A stretch of DNA of 32,000 bases from Mycobacterium tuberculosis H37Rv (GTDB lineage Bacteria; Actinomycetota; Actinomycetes; Mycobacteriales; Mycobacteriaceae), in the NCBI RefSeq assembly GCF_000195955.2, contig NC_000962.3, positions 1,890,001-1,922,000 of the forward strand, given 5' to 3'. The notes under the pieces were generated by a model that was not told the origin of the DNA, made no database searches, and saw only the letters and a list, made by a program, of their open reading frames with translations. A program made the translations under genes and the position numbers. This document shows, piece by piece, positions 15,254 to 22,978 of the stretch; the first letter of the stretch is position 1, and each line of letters begins with the position of its first letter.

Positions 15254-16242
15254 TCATAGAGCTGATGCGCCGGGTGGTAGGTCTCGCACAGGGAGCTACC
15301 GCCGAGGTCGCCGTCTATGGCGACCGAGATCGTGATCTCGCGGAGCGATGGTGCGCGAACACCGGAAACACCCTGGTGCGCGCCGACGTGGACCAGACCG
15401 GCGTCGGCACCCTGGTGGTGCGCCGCGGCCATCCGCCTGACCCGGCAAGCGTGTTGGGCCCCGACCGGCTACCCGGGGTCCGGTTGTGGCTGTACACCAA
15501 CTTCCACTGCAACCTGTGCTGCGACTACTGCTGCGTCTCGTCGTCACCAAGCACCCCGCATCGCGAACTGGGGGCGGAGCGGATCGGCCGAATCGTCGGT
15601 GAAGCGGCGCGCTGGGGAGTGCGCGAACTGTTCCTCACCGGCGGTGAGCCGTTCCTGCTGCCCGACATCGACACGATCATCGCGACCTGTGTGAAGCAGT
15701 TGCCCACCACCGTCCTCACCAACGGCATGGTGTTCAAAGGGCGGGGTCGGCGCGCGCTGGAATCCCTACCTAGAGGGCTCGCCTTGCAGATCAGCCTGGA
15801 CTCGGCCACCCCGGAGCTGCACGATGCGCACCGCGGCGCGGGGACGTGGGTCAAGGCAGTAGCTGGTATCCGGTTGGCGCTCTCACTTGGCTTCCGGGTG
15901 CGGGTGGCCGCGACGGTTGCCAGCCCCGCACCTGGCGAGCTGACGGCGTTTCACGACTTCCTCGACGGGCTTGGCATCGCACCCGGGGATCAGCTGGTCC
16001 GGCCGATCGCGCTGGAGGGCGCCGCGTCGCAAGGGGTGGCGCTCACCCGCGAATCGCTGGTTCCCGAGGTGACCGTCACCGCCGACGGCGTGTACTGGCA
16101 CCCAGTGGCCGCCACCGACGAGCGCGCCCTGGTCACCCGTACCGTCGAACCCTTGACCCCGGCGCTGGACATGGTAAGCCGGCTATTCGCCGAACAGTGG
16201 ACACGAGCCGCCGAAGAGGCCGCGTTGTTCCCGTGTGCGTAG
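15247..16242 (+). CDS. moeX: Radical SAM enzyme (MoaA/PqqE-like core) with an N-terminal TusA/SirA-like domain
   Basis: CNLCCDYC forms a CX3CX2C cluster motif and LFLTGGEPFLL is the GGE motif. The start is ATG 15247 or GTG 15250, overlapping the upstream stop (ATGGTGA). Residues 1-60 align by eye with E. coli TusA residues about 23-80. Confidence 0.88.
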   Translation: MVIIELMRRVVGLAQGATAEVAVYGDRDRDLAERWCANTGNTLVRADVDQTGVGTLVVRRGHPPDPASVLGPDRLPGVRLWLYTNFHCNLCCDYCCVSSSPSTPHRELGAERIGRIVGEAARWGVRELFLTGGEPFLLPDIDTIIATCVKQLPTTVLTNGMVFKGRGRRALESLPRGLALQISLDSATPELHDAHRGAGTWVKAVAGIRLALSLGFRVRVAATVASPAPGELTAFHDFLDGLGIAPGDQLVRPIALEGAASQGVALTRESLVPEVTVTADGVYWHPVAATDERALVTRTVEPLTPALDMVSRLFAEQWTRAAEEAALFPCA

Positions 16243-16281
16243 TGCCCAGTCTGCCGGCCGCGAACCCAGGATTAATTGCTG

Positions 16282-16311
16282 ATGACAAGTATTGCCCTAC
16301 TGCACTATAGT
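16282..16311 (+). promoter_or_regulatory. SigA-type promoter candidate ATGACA-N18-TATAGT upstream of the DivIVA-like gene
   Basis: -35-like ATGACA at 16282-16287 and -10 TATAGT at 16306-16311, within an AT-rich 140-bp intergenic region. Confidence 0.35.
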
Positions 16312-16384
16312 TCTGCTTGCACTTGAAAACAACGAACCGTGATGCGGGTCGTAAGGGATTCCGGTAAGGAACACAGTCAAGTTC

Positions 16385-17320
16385 TTGCACGCGTCGGCGG
16401 CAGTGTTGCCTCAACGCCCAAACTGCACCAAACTGTTTCGCCCACGGCGGGGCGTGTCTGAGAGGTATCGCGTGACCACCGCCCATAACGGATCCGCTCC
16501 GCGTTTTCAACGTACCCGCTCTGGCTACGACCCGGTCGCAGTCAATCATTACATCGCCGAACTCGTGCTGCGTCAGCAGGCGCAGCACTGTGAGATTGAA
16601 ACGCTCAAGGCAGAAATAGCCAGTCTGAAGGACGAAAACGCTGCCCTGAAGGACACCTCGCCGTCAGCACAGGCGGTGACCGATCGGATGGCGAAAATGC
16701 TTCGACTCGCTGTCGACGAGGTCTTCCAGATGCAGTCGGAGGCACGGGCCGAGGCCGCAACATTAGTTTCTGCGGCTAGGGATGAGGCGGAAGCGGTCCG
16801 AACGCAGAAGCGAGAAATGCTGGCGGATATGAACGCCCGGCAAAGAGCGCTGGAGTCCGAGCATGCCGACGTGATGCGCCGCGCTCGTGAAGAGGCTGAA
16901 CAGCTTGTGGCGCAGGCAACCGCCGAGGTGGAGCGGATGCGTGTCATCGATGCCAGACGCCGTGAGAAAGCCGAGCAGGAACTTGATGCCGAAATCATCA
17001 GGCTTCGCACCGATGCCCAATTTCAGATCGACGATCAGCTGCAGGCCACACAGCAGGAGTGTGAGAAGCGGCTTGGCGAAGCCAAAATCGAGGCCGATCG
17101 ACGGCTGCATGTTGCCGACGAGCAGATTGAGCACGGCCTCAGCGAGGCTCGGCGAACGTTGGAAGAGATCAGCCAGCGGCGAGTCGGCATCCTCGAACAA
17201 CTAGCGCGTATTCACGCACAGCTCGAGAATATTCCAGCGCTCCTGGAATCGGCTCGACATAGCGAGACGGAGCCACTGCAGTCCATAAACGGCGCGGTCG
17301 CTGAGCTACGGGCCATTTAG
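16385..17320 (+). CDS. DivIVA-domain coiled-coil protein
   Basis: The N-terminal DivIVA-type motif FQRTRSGYDPVAVNHYIAEL is followed by about 250 aa of heptad-rich E/A/R/Q sequence. The start is uncertain: the first start of the ORF at 16385, or GTG 16403 or later. Confidence 0.85.
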   Translation: MHASAAVLPQRPNCTKLFRPRRGVSERYRVTTAHNGSAPRFQRTRSGYDPVAVNHYIAELVLRQQAQHCEIETLKAEIASLKDENAALKDTSPSAQAVTDRMAKMLRLAVDEVFQMQSEARAEAATLVSAARDEAEAVRTQKREMLADMNARQRALESEHADVMRRAREEAEQLVAQATAEVERMRVIDARRREKAEQELDAEIIRLRTDAQFQIDDQLQATQQECEKRLGEAKIEADRRLHVADEQIEHGLSEARRTLEEISQRRVGILEQLARIHAQLENIPALLESARHSETEPLQSINGAVAELRAI

Positions 17321-17460
17321 CGATCGCGTGCCTGAGCGCGACTCATCTGTGACAGTTCCGTCACGGCTGGGTCAGGTGCCGGTGTCCTGGCGACGCCGAC
17401 TGCGCACAGACCGAAACAGCACGGTGTGGATGTGCCATGATGTGCACGCTGTCAAGGCCA

Positions 17461-17575
17461 GTCGGGTGACGATGCGGGCCGGTGTGGTCCGAGGAGGAGC
17501 CCGACAATTTAAGCTAGTCGGGTGACGATGCGGGCCGGTGTGGTCCGAGGAGGAGCCCGACAATTTAAGCTAGTC
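17461..17575. repeat. Perfect 56-bp tandem duplication (2 copies plus 3 nt) in the leader of the Rv1683-like gene
   Basis: The unit gtcgggtgacgatgcgggccggtgtggtccgaggaggagcccgacaatttaagcta occurs at 17461-17516 and again at 17517-17572, identical, followed by gtc. Confidence 0.95.
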
Positions 17576-17593
17576 AGGGAGCCCTCAGGAGCG

Positions 17594-20593
17594 GTGGTGG
17601 ATCTCAATTTTTCGATGGTCACGCGACCAATCGAGCGCCTGGTGGCCACGGCGCAGAACGGTCTGGAAGTCCTGCGACTCGGGGGCCTGGAAACCGGCAG
17701 TGTTCCGTCGCCGTCCCAAATCGTTGAGAGCGTACCGATGTACAAGCTGCGGCGGTATTTTCCGCCGGACAACCGCCCGGGACAGCCACCGGTGGGTCCG
17801 CCGGTGCTGATGGTGCACCCGATGATGATGTCGGCGGACATGTGGGACGTCACCCGTGAAGACGGCGCGGTGGGGATCCTGCACGCCAGCGGGCTAGATC
17901 CCTGGGTCATCGACTTCGGCTCACCCGACGAGGTCGAGGGCGGAATGCGCCGTAACCTGGCCGACCACATCGTCGCCCTCAGCGAGGCGGTCGATACCGT
18001 CAAGGACGCCACTGGCCACGATGTGCACTTCGTCGGGTATTCGCAGGGTGGCATGTTCTGCTATCAGGCCGCGGCATACCGGCGTTCGAAGGACATCGCC
18101 AGCGTGGTCGCGTTCGGCTCGCCGGTGGACACCCTGGCCGCGTTGCCCATGGGCATCCCGGCGAACATGGGCGCTGCGGTCGCCGATTTCATGGCCGATC
18201 ACGTCTTCAATCGCTTGGATATCCCAAGCTGGATGGCGCGCATGGGTTTTCAGATGATGGACCCACTCAAAACCGCGAAGGCCCGGGTGGACTTCGTGCG
18301 TCAGTTGCACGACCGCGAGGCACTGCTGCCGCGGGAACAACAGCGCCGGTTCCTGGAATCCGAAGGATGGATCGCCTGGTCGGGCCCGGCGATCTCGGAA
18401 CTGCTCAAGCAGTTCATCGCGCACAACCGAATGATGACGGGTGGTTTCGCCATCAGCGGCCAGATGGTGACGCTTACCGATATCACTTGCCCGATACTGG
18501 CGTTCGTCGGTGAGGTCGACGACATCGGCCAGCCGGCGTCGGTACGCGGCATCCGGCGGGCCGCGCCCAACTCCGAGGTCTACGAATGTCTCATCCGGGC
18601 AGGGCATTTCGGTCTCGTCGTGGGATCCCGAGCGGCACAACAGAGCTGGCCGACCGTGGCCGACTGGGTGCGCTGGATCTCCGGCGACGGCACCAAACCG
18701 GAAAACATCCACCTGATGGCCGATCAGCCGGCCGAACACACCGATAGCGGTGTGGCTTTCAGCTCCCGGGTCGCGCACGGCATCGGGGAGGTCTCGGAGG
18801 CTGCGTTGGCGCTGGCTCGCGGCGCGGCCGACGCGGTCGTTGCGGCCAACAGATCGGTGCGCACGCTGGCGGTGGAGACGGTGCGGACGCTGCCGCGACT
18901 AGCCCGGTTGGGTCAGCTCAACGACCACACCCGGATCTCGCTGGGCCGCATCATCGACGAACAGGCACACGATGCCCCGAAGGGTGAATTCCTGTTGTTC
19001 GACGGGCGCGTGCACACCTATGAGGCGGTAAACCGGCGGATCAACAATGTCGTTCGTGGCCTCATCGCGGTCGGGGTGCGGCAGGGTGACCGTGTCGGCG
19101 TGCTGATGGAGACTCGGCCCAGCGCGCTGGTCGCCATCGCCGCGCTGTCTCGGCTGGGAGCGGTTGCCGTGGTGATGCGGCCAGACACCGACCTGTCCGC
19201 GTCGGTCCGGCTCGGGAGAGTGACCGAGATCCTGACCGACCCTACCAATCTGGATGCTGCGCGCCAGTTGCCCGGACAGGTGCTGGTGTTGGGTGGTGGT
19301 GAATCGCGTGATCTGGATCTGCCGGCCGACGCACTTGAACAGGGCCAAGTCATCGACATGGAAAAAATCGACCCGGACGCCGTCGAGTTGCCGGCGTGGT
19401 ATCGACCGAATCCCGGATTGGCGCGGGATCTGGCGTTCATCGCGTTCAGTTCGGCCGACGGCGACCTGGTGGCCAAGCAGATCACCAACTACCGCTGGGC
19501 GGTGTCGGCCTTCGGGACCGCCTCGACGGCGGCCCTCGGCCGCAGAGACACGGTGTACTGTTTGACGCCGCTGCACCATGAGTCCGCACTGTTGGTCAGC
19601 CTGGGCGGCGCGGTCGTGGGCGGAACCCGTATCGCATTGTCCCGCGGCTTGCGCCCGGACCGGTTCGTGGCCGAGGTACGCCAGTACGGCGTCACCGTCG
19701 TCTCCTACACATGGGCCATGCTGCGTGACGTGGTCGACGATCCGGCGTTCGTGTTGCACGGCAACCATCCGGTGCGGTTGTTCATCGGCTCGGGCATGCC
19801 GACCGGATTGTGGGAGCGGGTCGTCGAAGCGTTCGCACCGGCGCACGTCGTCGAGTTTTTCGCCACCACCGACGGACAGGCGGTGCTGGCCAACGTGGCT
19901 GGCGCCAAGATCGGCAGCAAGGGCCGTCCGTTGCCTGGCGCCGGACGTGTCGAACTTGGGGCCTACGACGCCGAACATGACCTGATCCTGGAGAACGACC
20001 GCGGCTTCGTGCAGGTCGCCGGTGTCAACCAGGTCGGGGTGCTGCTCGCACAATCCAGAGGGCCGATCGATCCGACCGCGTCGGTCAAACGCGGTGTCTT
20101 CGCTCCCGCCGACACCTGGATATCTACCGACTACCTATTCTGGCGTGACGACGATGGGGACTACTGGCTGGCGGGTGGACGCGGCTCGGTGGTGCGCACT
20201 GCGCGCGGGATGGTTTACACCGAGCCGGTCACCAACGCGTTGGGCCTCATCACCGGTGTCGACCTCGCGGTGACCTACGGTGTATTGGTGCGCGGTCGCC
20301 ACGTCGCGGTGTCGGCGGTGACGTTGCTGCCTGGAGCGACCATCACAGCCGCCGACTTGACCGAAGCCGTGGCGAGCATGCCGGTGGGGCTGGGACCTGA
20401 CATCGTGCACGTGGTGCCGCAGCTAACGCTCAGCGGTACTTACCGGCCAACGGTCAGCGCGTTGCGGGCCAACGGGATTCCCAAGGCGGGCCGTCAGGCA
20501 TGGTATTTCAACTCCGGCGGCAACGAGTACCGGCGGTTGACGCCGGCGGTCCGCACCGAGTTGACCGGCCAGCATCGGCGCGGCAATGCTTGA
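17594..20593 (+). CDS. Bifunctional alpha/beta-hydrolase (PhaC-N-like, lipase box GYSQGG) plus acyl-CoA synthetase (AMP-binding) fusion
   Basis: 1023-aa ORF from 17522. I chose GTG 17594/17597 because AGGAG lies at 17587-17591. The N-terminal half has the GxSxG motif (VGYSQGGMF); the C-terminal half is adenylate-forming-enzyme-like. Recognised as Rv1683. Confidence 0.9.
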   Translation: MVDLNFSMVTRPIERLVATAQNGLEVLRLGGLETGSVPSPSQIVESVPMYKLRRYFPPDNRPGQPPVGPPVLMVHPMMMSADMWDVTREDGAVGILHASGLDPWVIDFGSPDEVEGGMRRNLADHIVALSEAVDTVKDATGHDVHFVGYSQGGMFCYQAAAYRRSKDIASVVAFGSPVDTLAALPMGIPANMGAAVADFMADHVFNRLDIPSWMARMGFQMMDPLKTAKARVDFVRQLHDREALLPREQQRRFLESEGWIAWSGPAISELLKQFIAHNRMMTGGFAISGQMVTLTDITCPILAFVGEVDDIGQPASVRGIRRAAPNSEVYECLIRAGHFGLVVGSRAAQQSWPTVADWVRWISGDGTKPENIHLMADQPAEHTDSGVAFSSRVAHGIGEVSEAALALARGAADAVVAANRSVRTLAVETVRTLPRLARLGQLNDHTRISLGRIIDEQAHDAPKGEFLLFDGRVHTYEAVNRRINNVVRGLIAVGVRQGDRVGVLMETRPSALVAIAALSRLGAVAVVMRPDTDLSASVRLGRVTEILTDPTNLDAARQLPGQVLVLGGGESRDLDLPADALEQGQVIDMEKIDPDAVELPAWYRPNPGLARDLAFIAFSSADGDLVAKQITNYRWAVSAFGTASTAALGRRDTVYCLTPLHHESALLVSLGGAVVGGTRIALSRGLRPDRFVAEVRQYGVTVVSYTWAMLRDVVDDPAFVLHGNHPVRLFIGSGMPTGLWERVVEAFAPAHVVEFFATTDGQAVLANVAGAKIGSKGRPLPGAGRVELGAYDAEHDLILENDRGFVQVAGVNQVGVLLAQSRGPIDPTASVKRGVFAPADTWISTDYLFWRDDDGDYWLAGGRGSVVRTARGMVYTEPVTNALGLITGVDLAVTYGVLVRGRHVAVSAVTLLPGATITAADLTEAVASMPVGLGPDIVHVVPQLTLSGTYRPTVSALRANGIPKAGRQAWYFNSGGNEYRRLTPAVRTELTGQHRRGNA

Positions 20594-20810
20594 CGAGGCG
20601 CTGCTCGCCATCCTGGTGTGCCCGGCGGATCGAGGTCCGCTCGTCTTGGTCGAGGACGGCGACATCCAGGTGCTCTATAACCCGCGGCTGCGGCGCGCCT
20701 ACCGCATCGAGGACGGTATCCCGGTTCTGCTGGTCGACGAGGCCCGCGAGGTCGACGAGGACGAGCACGCCCGCCTCATGGCGCGAGGTCGTCCGGCAGC
20801 TCCCCAGTGA
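20586..20810 (+). CDS. Trm112-like / UPF0434 (YcaR-like) mini-protein
   Basis: 74 aa: LLAILVCPADRGPL ... AYRIEDGIPVLLVDEA, the typical Trm112p-like pattern. The ATG overlaps the upstream stop by 8 nt (ATGCTTGA). Confidence 0.85.
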   Translation: MLDEALLAILVCPADRGPLVLVEDGDIQVLYNPRLRRAYRIEDGIPVLLVDEAREVDEDEHARLMARGRPAAPQ

Positions 20811-21399
20811 GGTAGCGCTGCAGGTTGGGCGCGATGGTTTGCACGATCTGTTCGGCCGGCAACGAAGCAAACGGTTCGATTCTGACGATGTAGCGCGCCA
20901 TGACCACACCCATCAGTTGCGACGCGACGAACTGGGTACGGATCTTGCCGGTTCCCGGCGGGTTGTCGACGCGGGACCCAAGCTCCACGGTGACCACTTC
21001 CTCAAGGAAGGAGCGCGCCAGGCCCACGTCGGAGCCTGAGATCAAGGATCTCAGCGTCGCGATCAACCCGGCACCCAGTTCGGAATCCCAAATCGGCAGC
21101 AACAAGGACGGCAGCTTGTAACCGAGTTCCTCGACAGGCGCCTCGCGAATCGGACCGATGATGACCATCGGGTCGATCGGAATGTGGATCGCGGCGGCGA
21201 AAAGCTGCTGTTTGGTGCCGAAGTAGTGATGCACTAGTGCGGCATCAACACCGGCCTTGGCGGCCACGGCTCGGATCGATGTTCTGTCAATGCCGTTGTG
21301 CGCAAAGAGTTCTCGGGCACTGGACAGGATTCGCTCCCTAGTGTCAGAGCTGCCGGCGGGTCGCCCGGGCCGTCTGCGGCTGTTGTCCGGCGCCGCCAC
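20776..21399 (-). CDS. TetR-family transcriptional regulator
   Basis: 207 aa with an N-terminal TetR HTH (RERILSSARELFAHNGIDRTSIRAVAAKAGVDAALVHHYF). The GTG start lies 1 nt after the stop of the upstream permease gene. The 3' end overlaps the Trm112-like gene convergently by 35 nt. Confidence 0.92.
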   Translation of the reverse strand: MAAPDNSRRRPGRPAGSSDTRERILSSARELFAHNGIDRTSIRAVAAKAGVDAALVHHYFGTKQQLFAAAIHIPIDPMVIIGPIREAPVEELGYKLPSLLLPIWDSELGAGLIATLRSLISGSDVGLARSFLEEVVTVELGSRVDNPPGTGKIRTQFVASQLMGVVMARYIVRIEPFASLPAEQIVQTIAPNLQRYLTGELPDDLAP

Positions 21400-21400
21400 G

Positions 21401-22222
21401 CTATGACGTCCGTCGCCGCAGTGTCACCGCCGCCAGACACAGCGACGCGACCGCGAAACTCAGCACGACGACGACGTCGCGCACCGCGATACCGGTCAGC
21501 TCCGGATGCGCACCCACCTGTTGTAGCGCCTCGAGCGCGTAGCTGGCCGGCATCACGTTACTGATCCACTCCAGCCACGTCGGCATCAGTGCCCGCGGGA
21601 CGATGATGCCGGCGAGCAGCAGCTGCGGCACCATCACCAGCGGGATGAACTGTACGGCCTGAAATTCGGTGCGGGCGAAGGCACTACACAATAGACCGAG
21701 CCCGACACCCAAGACGGCGTTGACGATCGCGATCGCGAACACCCACACCGGGCTGCCCGCCGTGTCAAAGCCAAGGAACCAGAACGCCACAATGCAGGCC
21801 AGCGTGGCCTGCGCCGCCGCGGCGATCGAGAACGCGGTCCCGTAGCCGGCGAGCAGATCAAGCCGGCGTAGCGGGGTGGTCAGGATGCGCTCCAGCGTTC
21901 CCGAAGCCCTTTCGCGTTGCATGGTGATCGCCGTGATCACAAACATCACAAAGAGTGGGAACAGGCCCAGTAGCACCAGGCAAGCGGTGTTGAACCCGGA
22001 TGGGGTACCGGGGCGATGCGGGACGTTCTCGAACATGAAATACATCAGCGTGATGATCAGGATGGGTACCAGCAAGATCATCGCGACACTGCGGTGATCA
22101 GCGGCAAGCTGCCGGAGAATCCGCGCCGTAGTGGCCGTGTAGTTCTGCAGCGTTAGCCGGCCGCGGGCACGGTGGTGGTGCGTCGGACGATGGACAGAAA
22201 CGCTTCCTCCAGTGATGTGCAT
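21401..22222 (-). CDS. ABC-2 type exporter permease
   Basis: Six hydrophobic segments with ABC-2 family character. Only two in-frame canonical starts exist: ATG 22222 (273 aa, overlapping the ATPase gene by 70 nt) and ATG 22081 (226 aa, starting directly in TM1). I favour 22222 because the usual cytoplasmic N-terminal segment (TTARILRQLAADHRS) is then retained. Confidence 0.8.
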   Translation of the reverse strand: MHITGGSVSVHRPTHHHRARGRLTLQNYTATTARILRQLAADHRSVAMILLVPILIITLMYFMFENVPHRPGTPSGFNTACLVLLGLFPLFVMFVITAITMQRERASGTLERILTTPLRRLDLLAGYGTAFSIAAAAQATLACIVAFWFLGFDTAGSPVWVFAIAIVNAVLGVGLGLLCSAFARTEFQAVQFIPLVMVPQLLLAGIIVPRALMPTWLEWISNVMPASYALEALQQVGAHPELTGIAVRDVVVVLSFAVASLCLAAVTLRRRTS

Positions 22223-22920
22223 CCGGTTTCCTTTCGTAGACGGTGCGGCGTTGTGTGGGCCAGCAGCTGCCCCTGGCGCAGAAGCAACAGATCGCCGCAG
22301 CGGTCGGCCTCGTCCATTACGTGGCTGGACACCAACAGCGTGGTGCCACGCCGCGCCAGCGCCGTGAACCGATCCCATAATTCGACGCGCAATACCGGAT
22401 CCAGGCCGATGGTCGGCTCGTCGAGCACTAGCAGATCAGGCCGGCCGACCAGCGCACACGCCAGCGAGACCCGGGCCCGCTGGCCGCCGGACAGGTTGGC
22501 ACAACGGGCGGTGCGGTGATCGCGCAGGTCCACCGCTTCGATCACCTCATCGGCGGCTTGCCTGTCGACGCCGCAGAGTTCGGCGAAGTAGCGGATGTTG
22601 TCGATCACCCGCAGGTCGTTGTAAATGGTCGGGTCCTGAGGCATGTATCCAACCCGATGGCGTAGTTCGGCTGACCCAGCCGGTTGGCCCAGCACGCTCA
22701 CCGAACCCGAGGCAATGATTTGGGAGCCAACGATGCAGCGAATCAGTGTTGTCTTGCCCGACCCGGACGGACCGAGCAGGCCGGTGATCGTGCCGCAGGC
22801 GACCCGGACCGAAACATCCTGCAGGGCAAGGCGTTTACCACGGATGACGCGCAGCTGGTCGATGATGACCGCGGGGTCGGCACCGTCGCGAAGTAATTCA
22901 TCACTTGATGAAATCATCAT
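22153..22920 (-). CDS. ABC transporter ATP-binding protein (DrrA/ABC-2 type)
   Basis: Walker A GPSGSGKTT, signature LSGGQRARVSLA, Walker B LLVLDEPTIGLD. The first codons (ATG ATG ATT TCA TCA AGT GAT GAA TTA) are unusually AT-rich. Confidence 0.93.
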   Translation of the reverse strand: MMISSSDELLRDGADPAVIIDQLRVIRGKRLALQDVSVRVACGTITGLLGPSGSGKTTLIRCIVGSQIIASGSVSVLGQPAGSAELRHRVGYMPQDPTIYNDLRVIDNIRYFAELCGVDRQAADEVIEAVDLRDHRTARCANLSGGQRARVSLACALVGRPDLLVLDEPTIGLDPVLRVELWDRFTALARRGTTLLVSSHVMDEADRCGDLLLLRQGQLLAHTTPHRLRKETGCTSLEEAFLSIVRRTTTVPAAG

Positions 22921-22929
22921 GTGATGAAT
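22896..22929. promoter_or_regulatory. 34-bp AT-rich near-perfect palindrome spanning the ABC ATPase start codon; candidate operator (the TetR encoded by the same operon is the obvious candidate binder)
   Basis: ATTCATCAC-T-TGATGA-AA-TCATCA-T-GTGATGAAT has 9+6 bp arms with a single T:T mismatch. G+C is about 30% in a 65% G+C genome. It also lies 50 bp upstream of the divergent mpg start. Confidence 0.5.
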
Positions 22930-22978
22930 ATCCGCCAGTCGTGCGGGTTTGTCAAGGGCCGGTGCACAATCGTCTCTG

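Noticed and set aside
17347-17366. 7-bp hairpin (ctgtgac/gtcacgg) 27 nt after the DivIVA-like gene, considered as a terminator.
   Set aside because: The stem is short with one G:U pair and no U-tract, so it is too weak to call.
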